Position numbers and translations under genes: made by a program
NCBI RefSeq assembly: GCF_006345805.1
Contig: NC_043011.1
Coordinates: 15,760,464 to 15,824,463, forward strand
Source: Octopus sinensis
Taxonomy: Eukaryota
DNA: 64,000 nucleotides
Direction: 5' to 3'
Part shown: positions 26,091-36,850 of the stretch, piece after piece
How positions within the stretch are numbered: position 1 is the stretch's first letter
Layout of the letters: each line of letters starts with the position of its first letter
The notes under the pieces: generated by a model
What the model saw: the letters and a program-made list of their open reading frames with translations, nothing else
Told to the model about the DNA's origin: nothing
The model's database searches: none

Positions 26091-27406
26091 GTATTACAAA
26101 TATTGTGCAAATATTTGGAAAGATCTGATATAGCTACAATTTAATTCTATAAAATAGAACTGAGAAATATTTCTGCAAAAATAAGTTTTAAGTTGGGTAT
26201 GCCCTGGAGACTAGAAAATTCATTTCGAGTAAGATTTTATACGATTAAGTAAAATAGTAAATTCTCGATGTCCAAATATATTTTTAATCATTTTCCATAT
26301 GCAAATGATTTTTCCACGACTATAAACATAAATTTGCAAGCGTGCTGGAGTATTCAATTAACGACACAAAACAAGCTGAATACATATTTCTTCCAATGTA
26401 ATTAACAAAACAATTGGTTTTTAGTGTCAAATTGTAAACTTTGATTGTAATCACATTAATGTTGTCATAGTATTAATGTCATTTTAAACGAATTTTTTTT
26501 ATGGCTTCAAACAAACACTGCAATAAAGAATATTTTGAATTACTGGATTTTTAGCTAGTAAATGTTACGTTAGCAAATAAAAGAGAAATATAAACGGTAG
26601 ATACACACACACATGCACACAAACACGCACACAGTCACAGATACACATGCTTAAAGTCGCATTCAATGATATATTATCATCGCAAGACAATCGCAAAACC
26701 ACTCAAACATCGGAATATCAACATAATTAAAAATCGCCAAATGTTATACTGTCGTTCTTACACAATTCTTATTCTAATATAAGTAGATTATGTTACTATA
26801 GAAGCATTTAAATCGTGAAAATATATGAAGAATTGCTTGAGAACACGGAAAAGAAATTATTTCCTCCAGCTAATTAGTTTTTTCATAAAGAATTTGTGTA
26901 TATATTGCGCACAAAAGTAGGGAAACAGTAGATTTCCAAATATCAGGTTAAAGGCATACAAAACGAGCACTCGGAGAGGGCAAACCTCTACCAGTAGAAT
27001 GAAATAAAATTCTTCAATGAATATCATTTTAGTTTTGTCTTTTCTGAAATTCCAGTCATTCTTTAGTAATCCTCTGGTTTTAGATCGATGTGTAGAATTA
27101 TTTATAGGCATACTATTATTATAGCCAGTTTATCTTCCAGCGTTATAGCATGAAGCTAAGCACTTTCACTGTGAATTTTGTTAGGAGCAAAAAATATAGC
27201 CACAAATGAATGAAAATGAGAAAGTAGCCATTAAACAGACGTAGGTAAATCTGAATTCAAGATTATCGCGTGAATCACGAGTGACAACGATGCCTGGCGG
27301 TAGATATTGGACCTACAGTTCAATATGAACTACGAAACACCTATAAATAAAACAACACAGCTGATATCATGAATTCATTCACTAAGCTATACTACTTTAC
27401 GGTGTA

Positions 27407-27793
27407 CTAGCAGTATCGCCCGGTGTTGTTCGGGTTTGCAAGGGAAATAACTATATAAGCTTTTTTTAGAGAGTTATAGGAAAACAATGCATTAAAAATG
27501 GAAAAAAAACGATGGAAAATTTTTTTTTAAATCGTTGACTCATCGTAGATATTTTTAGAGAGTTACTTCCCTTATATAATAGCGAAAAAATGCATTAAAT
27601 GGGAAAAAAATGATGGTAATTTTTTTTTAAATCGTAGTCTCATCGTAGACGCGCGCTAATACACAGAAGGGATCGATATGCATCACGACTATAAGATACC
27701 CGGTTTTGGTTAAACTGCACCGCAAAATGTGGGAGTAGTTAGGAATCTAAATCGTAGAAGACAGACACACAACTTGACTTTTATATATAAAGA
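27407..27793 (-). mobile_element. Non-autonomous Helitron with internal ~65-bp tandem duplication
   Basis: CTAG at 27407-27410 next to the CCCGGTGTTGTTCGGG hairpin; the other end is GA|T at 27792-27794; its 3' end is shared with 18777-19149. Confidence 0.75.
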
Positions 27794-27844
27794 TATCTTA
27801 ACACTTACTGTACGTGTATTAATATGATTTTATATGCTTTTATT

Positions 27845-27945
<101 letters not shown>

Positions 27946-27952
27946 TATATAT

Positions 27953-28297
27953 ACGTTATATAATTAGGGCTCAGTAAAATAATTTACTGAAACTTTTAGA
28001 AATAGCAGCCAAAAAGCTTTTTTAGCTATTTCTTCTACTATAAGAAAAGTCTCCCAGATAGTGTTTACTCAAAAATAATTCACGCAGATATGGAGGGAAA
28101 AATAACAAATTATCACGTGTACAAAGATCATTTGAGAACGTTACGTTTCTGGATTAGTTGAATTTTTGAGTAAACACTAACTGGGAGACTTTTCTTATAG
28201 TAGAAGAAATAGCTAAAAAAACTTTTTGGCTGCTATATCTAAAAGTTTCAGTGTGTGGTAAAGTGAATTATTTTACTGAGCCCTAATTATATAACGT
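27953..28297. repeat. Long fold-back inverted repeat embedded in (TA)n
   Basis: Arms 27953-28076 and 28162-28297 are near-perfect reverse complements apart from one ~13-bp indel; 85-bp spacer. Confidence 0.92.
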
Positions 28298-28318
28298 AAT
28301 ATATATATATATATATAT

Positions 28319-28399
28319 ATAAAATCAACAAATTTCACCAAATTTCACTACTTGGTGATATTTGTTGATTTTATTAAATTAATTATATTTCAACCTTTA

Positions 28400-28403
<4 letters not shown>
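28319..28403 (+). mobile_element. Short (TA)n-flanked fold-back element (same family as 43905-43999)
   Basis: Arms 28319-28340 and 28353-28374; GGTGA..TTTGTTGATTTTATTAAATTAATTATATTTCA.CCT.TATCTGT is shared with 43944-43994. Confidence 0.75.
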
Positions 28404-28458
<55 letters not shown>

Positions 28459-28671
28459 TTATATTATGGGACAAAGTGGAAACATCAACTTTCTCCTCCA
28501 TGCTGAATGAATGCCTAAACATTACGAAGCTATACATGTGATTGAAAGCGAGCTAACGAGAAGCTATTTAAAAAAGATTACCCATTAATTGCGAATTACC
28601 TAGTTTCATGATAAAAATCTTAGATAATTTTTTTCCCATCGTCACCGTAATACATGTAAAAATATACAAAT

Positions 28672-28905
28672 ATGTTACGGAGATGTACTTGGATAGCAAG
28701 TGACCTGATCTGAGATCGTGTGCTGGAACGAAAACAATTGCCACGTGGAAGGTGGTTATGAGCTTTTTTAGAAACACACAAAATCCGTTAGATTAACTTC
28801 AACGTTAAAATATTTTGACAATTTAAAATTAAAATATTGAAGTTAATCTAATGGGTTTTGTGTGTTTCTTAAATGGCTTATAAGCACCGTCCATGCTGCA
28901 ATTGT
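28672..28905. mobile_element. Inverted-duplicated copy of the 35786-35999 element family
   Basis: 28672-28806 is the reverse complement of about 35860-35995; 28807-28905 is the forward copy of 35839-35936. Confidence 0.8.
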
Positions 28906-29897
28906 ATACAAATATCTATTAGTATATGCACATAACAAAGCGAGTCTGCAAGAATAGATTAAAAAAAGTTAGATTGAAATTTTCTCACGACGGCCACATA
29001 TATTTATATCAAAATTTTTCTTCCATGCTGACTACCTGATAATAATCATTAACGTGATTTTTATCCTTAAATTATGAATGTAAATAAATAAAATATTATT
29101 ATAATATATTTACCCCTCATGAAACACCCGCATTTTCTGCGGTCCGATTTTGATATAAATACACGTGGTCGTCGTGAGAAGATTTAAATCTGACTTTTTT
29201 GGAATAAGGCAGCATTATATTACAGTCTTCCAAGCTGATGCCTAGAGCATTTCACAAAGGGGTCTGCCCCTCTCCCCTCCATTTCCTGAACGTATTAGGG
29301 TTTTGTAATTTCCTTCACTCATCCAGAAGGTGGTGACTTAACTACAAAACACCAAGAGAAAACTCTTTCGATGCAAATGCATATATATGCGGAAAAATCG
29401 CAAGTAGATATAAATAACTTTGAAGATTATAGCAAATCCTACACTAAGAGTACGAACTCTTAATTGATTTATAGTAATGATATACTTTACATATTTTCAT
29501 GGTGGGGATTAGATACATAACGCATTCATATGCATATTTTACAAGTCAATGCATATTTTACAAAGTCAATGTAATTCATACATATACATACACAACTACA
29601 TAGACGACTGTAAATACAAACACACACACACTGATGCACAGGTATGCACAAACTGCTATGCACGCATATACAAGTGTTAATTAATTCTAGAAAGAGAGAA
29701 TGTAAATTGCTTTTAATGCACGATCGGAACCTTGTTTATTATAAAATATCGTTTATTTAATTTGCAACCGCATCGATGTTCTTCACGTAGTCTATATTTA
29801 GTAGGATGTTTACTTTGGTAATATTTTGACATACATATATGTGAGTGTGTGTCTGTGCCTCTGTGTATGTATGTGTACATGCATGTGTGTGTGCTGC

Positions 29898-29939
<42 letters not shown>

Positions 29940-30553
29940 GGTGTGAATATTTATATAGATATAATAATTGCTATCATTATCGAGGGCAATATAAATAATT
30001 GATAATAACAGTAACAATAATAAAAGTGGGTCTCTTATCTCGAGCAGGTAGGAATATTCCTGTTCGCTTCCGATACATACATACGTGTGTGGGGAGGGGG
30101 TGCGTGCGTGTGTGTTTTTGTATGGCAAATGAAAGACGGAAGATGGAATATATATATATATATACTAGAGTATTGCCCGGCTCGTGCGCTCGTGCGTTCT
30201 ATGCACGCGCGAATCAAAATTCAATTATTTTGGTTTTAAAATCAAGCATGTTATGCCCTGTATTTTTGCGCTTATGTGTTCCATTTCCTCAATAGGAAGT
30301 ACATAGAAGCGTTTCATAAATTTTTGTTGATCAAATAATTGCATTGTTGAATTATTCTTTTAGATCAGTATTTCTCAACGGGGATTTCAGGGGAGAGTTT
30401 CATGGAGTCGCTGGCGATGTATCATGATGATAAAAAATCCGGCCTGCTAAAATTTGGTTAAAGTAATTCAAACTGCAGGCTCAACGCAAAATGGTCACAT
30501 TTAATTCAAAGCGTTAAATATATATATATATATATATATATGTATATTCAGAT

Positions 30554-30940
30554 AAATTTAGATTCAAATGAATATGGTACTTAATTTAGATGCACCAAAA
30601 TTTTGTACGGTGTTATCCATATAAATCCACGCGGTGATTATAATCAAAATAAGCAACAAAAATATCTTTGGTACGATCGTTTCACGCTACATCGTTTTAT
30701 TAAACATTGTAGGTATTACAACAGTTTTAAAATGTTGAGCAATCATCAGCCGTTTATAGAGGTTTTCCATCAATACATATACTTATTTTCATGTTAATTG
30801 ATAACATTATAAAGAGGGTAGATATATAGACAGAAATGTTGATTTGAATTTTAAGAATATCAAGGTATTAGAATTTATCTTCTGACTGAAGAATATACTT
30901 TAAGTTATTTCGATCTGCTAGAATGTGGGGAGGGATATTC
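30554..30940 (-). mobile_element. Second copy of the 5473-5893 family, abutting (TA)n
   Basis: Alignment to 5473-5710 and, inverted, to 5796-5892; (TA)n at 30518-30542. Confidence 0.7.
30668..30754 (-). ncRNA. Minimal type I hammerhead ribozyme-like fold (intact core, weak stem I)
   Basis: Minus strand reads GG-CUGAUGA-U-UGCU...AGCG-U-GAAA-CGAUCG-UA/CC; palindromic stem III ACGAUCGU; stem I shortened by a deletion relative to the 5507-5594 copy. Confidence 0.55.
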
Positions 30941-31559
30941 TGTTGAATGGAGACAAAAGAGATTTTCTATTTATAGAAATAAATGTCAGAAATTATTCCT
31001 AAATAAATTAAAGTGGAAAGGGGATTATATTGTCTTAGAGGCTGTTTACTCCTATTTGGCAATTAGATTTTGTATCAAGAAAACTAGGTCAATGCTAAAT
31101 GGTCACAGTGACCAACCATATACTAAATAGTTATAGAAAATACAGAGATTCCTTTACACTTATACAAACATATACAAATATGCATCCGCTTTAATCTATA
31201 AGATTATACTTGGCTAGTGGGTGTTGATTATTTTGAAACGTTGGATTAAAAGAGAATTATAAATTTAACATTTATTTATTTTGGAGAAAAAAACCTATAA
31301 TTTATTATGAGTAGGCATAATATTCAATAACTGTGGACAAAAGTCTTACTAATTAAGTGAATATATTAGGAGTCAATGATACCTTAATACCTTAATGTTC
31401 TTAACATTCAAATCAACATCTCTGTCTATATATCTACCCTCTTTATAATGTTATCAATTAACATAAAAATAAGTACTCTTTCATATTGTAAAAACAGCAA
31501 AACAATGGGCTAACTATGTTAAGTTTTATTCGTGAAATACAATTGCTCGTCGATGAGCT

Positions 31560-31766
31560 ACAGACGAAGAAGTGCTAAAATTGGTTCATAAATGACTGCG
31601 TGACCAGCCGGAAACCTTCTTCACTGAATGAATGCGCAAGCTTGTGAATTGCTTTAAGACATGTATTAAAAAAACAAGGAGACAGGCTTTGTAATTGTTC
31701 CATCTCTGGTTTTGTTTTAATAAATTACAAAAACAAGAATGCGTATACATTTGACTTACCCTCGTA
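31560..31766 (+). mobile_element. Mariner 3' end fragment with right TIR
   Basis: DEEVLKLVHK*LRDQPETFFTE*MRKLVNCFKTCIKK matches the mariner C-terminus; ends TTTGACTTACCCTCG|TA. Confidence 0.7.
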
Positions 31767-33074
31767 TGTATTAGGGTAGAGCGAATTCGTTGCAGGGTGT
31801 CACGGATGGGCATCCCATAATTAGGAATTTTGTCCGATTATCAAGTTTGTTGTTGTCGTTTAATCTCAGTACAACAAACTTATTTTACCTCGTAATAATG
31901 TAATTGGGCTACATTACCCATTGTATATTGGTTTCAGACAAGTGGGTTCGGTGTCATTTCTAGCATGTCAAATCACTACGTCGGGTTTTTTTTCTCGTGT
32001 CACAAGCAGCCATAAAACGGTTTTGTTTATGATTTATCTAAATTTTGGATCAAAATGTCAAGGCAGCCACATCAAGGTATAAAAGTCATTTAATGATTTA
32101 ATAATAAGTTTCTCTTAGAATAATATCCAGTTAACAAAACAAAAGTTGATGGCATGTGATTCATATAGGTTTTAATTAGCCTAGATATTTTGTACAAAGG
32201 ATAATACTTAATAATGAACAATTTTGTTTACATCAGATGCCTTCTGTCGCCATAGTGTCAGAATATCAACAGGAAATAGATACTTTTCAACAATATCCTG
32301 ACAGTCAAAACCAAAACTGCCCCGATAATTGCTCAAGATGAAATTACGCTTGGCAATAATACTTTGCTTTCTCTTACTGTAAGCCAATCCCAGGAAAACA
32401 ACTGTCTTCTCTATGTTTCGGTAATTGTTGCAGAAAAAGATGAATGACAACGTGACCAAGTACTAAATCGCAGGCTTCATGATAATACGTCATTTACGTG
32501 GAATTGATACTAAATAAGAATTACTTGTAGACAGAAAACAAGAATTTAAATGCTTATTGTTTTTTTTATTGTACTTTAATGTTAGGTCAAATAAGCAGAC
32601 CTATGATCAAATCTTTCAGCTAGCCTTCTACCGACCTTTTCTATATCAATGTCTAGAATGTAGACTCTAAGTTCTGTAATAAATATGTTCTTGTTTAAAA
32701 TAATCAAATATATATTGCGTTGAAATTTCTTTTAGGTTGGTCAGCTATCTAGAATTTTCCTTATTAGCTCCCCTGTATGATGTGATTTAGTGTAGCGAAC
32801 CATTGCTTACTTGTATTTAATAAATACAACATATGTATAAGCCTACATGGGAAAAAACTGTTACATATCTCTGTTGCTATTCATCATCTTATAGATATAC
32901 AGACAAAATTATGAATAATCTGGAGAAAATTAAAAATTGTAAATTTGCCGTAGATGCATCGTCAAATCACTCGTCTGGTGGCGTACAGAATTTTAATTTT
33001 TGTTTAACTTGTGTTGAGATAAATAAGTTCATAATTATGTTAACGTTTGTATTACCTCTAGAGAGTGCATATAG

Positions 33075-33480
33075 ATTTCGGATTCGAATTTTGGTATAAG
33101 TCCATCGATTTCGATGGACCGATAAATCGATTACATCGACTACAGTATTTAACTAATACCTTATTTTATGTACCATGTAAAGATGGAAAGCAAATCCGAC
33201 TCCCCCCCGGTGGCATTTGAACACAGGACGTAACTTCGGAAGCGGAAGAGACGCTGCTAAGCATTTTCCCCGGCTCGGTAACGCAGCTTGTATGAATATT
33301 AGGTTCTAATTTTGTACAAGGCCATCAAGATAAGGGGGAGAAAGTAAGTCGATTACGTCAATCACATTACTCAACTCGAACTTATTTTATCGCCCCCCGA
33401 TATTGAGGAAAGGTAAAGTCAACCACGGCGGCATTTGAGCTCAGAACATAGGGACAGATGACATGCCACTATGTATTTAG
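33075..33480 (-). mobile_element. Two tandem degenerate older SINE copies sharing the family B core
   Basis: Two repeats of AGTCGATTAC.TC...ACTTATTTTAT...GAAAG..AA.TC.AC..CGG.GGCATTTGA at about 33120-33230 and 33345-33450. Confidence 0.6.
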
Positions 33481-35785
33481 CCCCGAAGGCTAAGGAGTGT
33501 TCCAGTTGTCTGCCTTCATACATATGAGTTTTGAATAATATTTTGCTGTGTATTTTGACAATAGTGAATTACAGTTTTGTAATGCAAACAAAACATCAGT
33601 AACGTATTTCATACTGCTTATAAGCTGTTTTCTGCATCAATCAAAGCCTAACGAATGCTGCTTTTGCATTGTAGCTTCTGTTCCAGATTATTGGGATTTC
33701 ATTACTTCATAATTTCACATATCCCCAGTCTAAATGTTGGCATTTTATTTCAAGTGTTGAATGTTAGACTATTTACATATTAATTCAACATTAACTAATT
33801 TGTCAGTGTGTAATGATGCTGTCACACTGCAATCAAGTGTTGTCTGGTGGCCAAACAATCTAATGAGTAATATTCTAAGCATACTGCATGCAGGATTTCC
33901 TGGTTGTCAAGCTTGTAATCAGCAACATTATGGGCATGTCAGCAAAGATTCTGTGATAGTCAAATTCTTTGGTCAATAATATTGTTGGATTATTAAACGT
34001 AGGTATTTCATGATGATCAAACACTGTCATTACAAGTATTTCTGGCATATTGCAAAAAAGGATTTCCTCATAGTGTTTCTCTCTGCTTAAGGCTTCGTTT
34101 TATGATTATATAAATTCATTTTATGATTGTATAAATTCATAATACAGTTCATACAGGGGAAACAACAGAAATATCACAGTTTTCTATTTCCTGATATATG
34201 GTAACTCCGCACTTGATGAATTTATAACAGCACCAGCTTTATGAAAAGTGTTGTAGAATAACACATATTGTCACGGGGAATTCAAACAGTATGTCGAGTT
34301 TCGATATTTTGATGTAAGCTAATTTTTTTTTCAATTATACGATTAATATTGTCTGCGAATGAAGCAGTAAAATCACGCAATCATCTCATCGGTACTATCT
34401 CATTTATCTCACCTAGTAATATATGTTGTTATGACTGAGAAATCAATAACATGATTACAGCAATTCACAGACAAAGTCATTTAGTTAATGAAACCTAGCA
34501 TTAAGAATATAAATCAAATATTATAACTAAAACCATAAAATGTAATGGCAGAGGAGATGTATGATGGAAATTAAACTACGATACATATATGGCATCTCAT
34601 CAACATTCTGTCAATTTGTCAATTAAATTAGTAGAAATTCATCCTAATATTTTAACTTGTAAATCATTGTCCCTGTAGGATATTGTAAAATATCATTGAG
34701 AGACATAAAGCAAATTGAGTAGGTAACTTGTGCGACATAAATTAACTAGTCTCATAAATTGAAACAAACAATATGAAAAGCTTCATTAGATACATAATTT
34801 AAAATTTTCAATTCTGTAACATTAAAAATATGAAATAAAATTATGGCGTTAGATATTTTTCTTAAAACTTTAAAGGAGTTGTTATGATAAGTAACAGAAG
34901 CTAAAATGCAAAAGCAGCATTCATTTGGCTTTGATTGATGCAGGAAACAGCTTATAAGCAGTATGAAATGCGTCACTGATGATTTAACTGCGCTCTTCCA
35001 ATAGAACGAATGTAAGCAATAATATCCCTACAGAATTGCAATTGGCAGTTTCATCGGAAGAAAAGTAACTTCCTTGTTATTCCTTTCACATCAGTGGTAA
35101 TCATGTATCCTATCTCGATAATATTGATTTTGGATGTGTGGCGGAACTCTAACACAGTAGGTTTTCTGACTATACGAGACAGCATTTGACGTCGATTTAG
35201 GGCTAATCCCATTTGAATTAACCTAGATTCTCAGTGATTTAAGGAATGGCATACGTATAAAAATCACACACTTTCGTTCTCTAAATGTGTTCGATTTCAA
35301 CACCTAGTCGAAAACAAACTAATGTGCTGCTGTTTTTATCATAGTTTTGACATAATCCATGAGATATTTAATCAAAGGCGTTACATTCGCAACTACCCTG
35401 TCATATATCAGTAACTTCATATTCTTCAATGCATCCTTCTTTTTTTAAGACGGTGAGGTAAAATCTGAGTGAGTACAGATGTTGTCTCTGAAGCGATAGT
35501 GCAGACATAACTTGATTCTCCGAATCTAATATTTCAAATGTGTCTATAGAAACGGTTGTATTCTCAAAATATATCGTCATCGGCTATAAGCAGTTCCTTT
35601 ACCTTATCTCATTGGGTATAAAGGGCAAAAAACGAATATTTATTTTACAGTAAAAATTTCTATGCTTGAGGAAATGAGGATCCATGAAAAACTGAATAAA
35701 TCTATCATGAATCATAGTGATGATTTCTGACAAATAATGACTAACGCATATTAAAACTAAATACAATTAAAACTATATTAAAACT

Positions 35786-35999
35786 CCGTGCTGCATACGG
35801 ATTTTTGTCAGTGAGCAGGTCGCTGTCTTAAAGCGACGAAAATATTTTGACAACTTAAACTTAAATGTTGAAGTGAATCGAACGGCTTTTGTGTGTTTCT
35901 TAAATGGCTTACAAACACCTTCCACGCTGCAATTGTTTTCGTTTCAGCACACGATCTCAGATCAAATCACTTGCTATGCAATTACATGTCCGTAATATA
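35786..35999 (+). mobile_element. 214-bp hammerhead-bearing element with a 19-bp flanking duplication
   Basis: TTAAAACTATATTAAAACT at 35767-35785 and 36000-36018; homologous sequence at 28672-28905. Confidence 0.7.
35805..35853 (+). ncRNA. Minimal type I hammerhead ribozyme-like fold with swapped G3-C8 core
   Basis: UUGUCA-GUGAGCA-G-GUCGC(UGUCUUAAA)GCGAC-GAAA-AUAU-UU/UGACAA: perfect 6-bp stem I, 5-bp stem II, palindromic stem III AAUAUU. Confidence 0.6.
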
Positions 36000-36238
36000 T
36001 TAAAACTATATTAAAACTATATAAAATATGACTAATGCATATTAAAACTGAATACAAAGGATAAATCTAAGCTTTAGAGTCAGAAAATAAACTGAGTGGG
36101 TACTTAACCTTTTATTAATTACACAGAGGTTTGACAGTTTGCATAAAAAGGGAAAACAATACAATATTCCATCCAAATGTAAAAGAACTATGAGAATCTT
36201 AAAATTTATCAGCTTGAGTATGTCTGGAAGATAACAGC

Positions 36239-36850
36239 TTACTCAAAGCAGCTTCCTTCGTATTCCACTACAGCCTCTAGACAGCTCTGGAACATGGAGC
36301 AATTGTTCGTCAGTGTGTCCCTGGGAAGGTCTTAGATCACATGCTTTATTTGTCTTGGCCAACTGCCCGATCTTTTCTCAACCGTCCCTCACATATATTA
36401 GTCTATGAGATTAAAATCGGAAGGACTAGAAGGCTGGAAATTGAGGTGGGTAAAGTCGGAAAAATTCTCCAATAACCACTTCTGATACTTTCGGGGGGTA
36501 TGGTAAGGAACCGAAACTTATGGCCACACAAATGCTCTTCTAGTGGCAACTCCTCCAGCCAAGGGTTAATCAGTCTTCAGCAGTCTGGATTAAGCCCAAG
36601 GCAGTGTTTAAGAACTATGAAGCGAAATCCTGCGCGCGGACTTACTCACAATGTCCGCTGTGTTCCTTCTTGTTGTCTATATCATCTTCCAACCTTTACA
36701 TAATGTGAGCATCTTGAAAACCGGTGACATCATCATGGTACAGGTAAATTTCTTCCAATTTTCACACGACGTCCTGTCCTACATGTCAGCTAGCATTTTC
36801 TCAGCTATATCTTTAATATTTACGTTCTGTTTGATTATCAGTACATGAAG
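36239..36850 (-). pseudogene. Decayed Tc1/mariner (DD37D/maT-like) transposase
   Basis: Frame-hopping translation gives INPWL, AFVWP*VSVPYHT (cf. PYVWQQDSAPCHT) and MFQSCLEAVVEYEGSCFE* (cf. RFRSRLEAVV..G..FE). Confidence 0.55.

Noticed and set aside
34990-35600. Possible RTE RT fragment (ELLIADD on the minus strand)
   Set aside because: A single weak motif with surrounding frames full of stops; not enough support.
36636-36650. Strong GTGAGTAAGT splice donor on the minus strand
   Set aside because: It lies inside a decayed transposase with stops in all frames upstream, so no exon is supportable.
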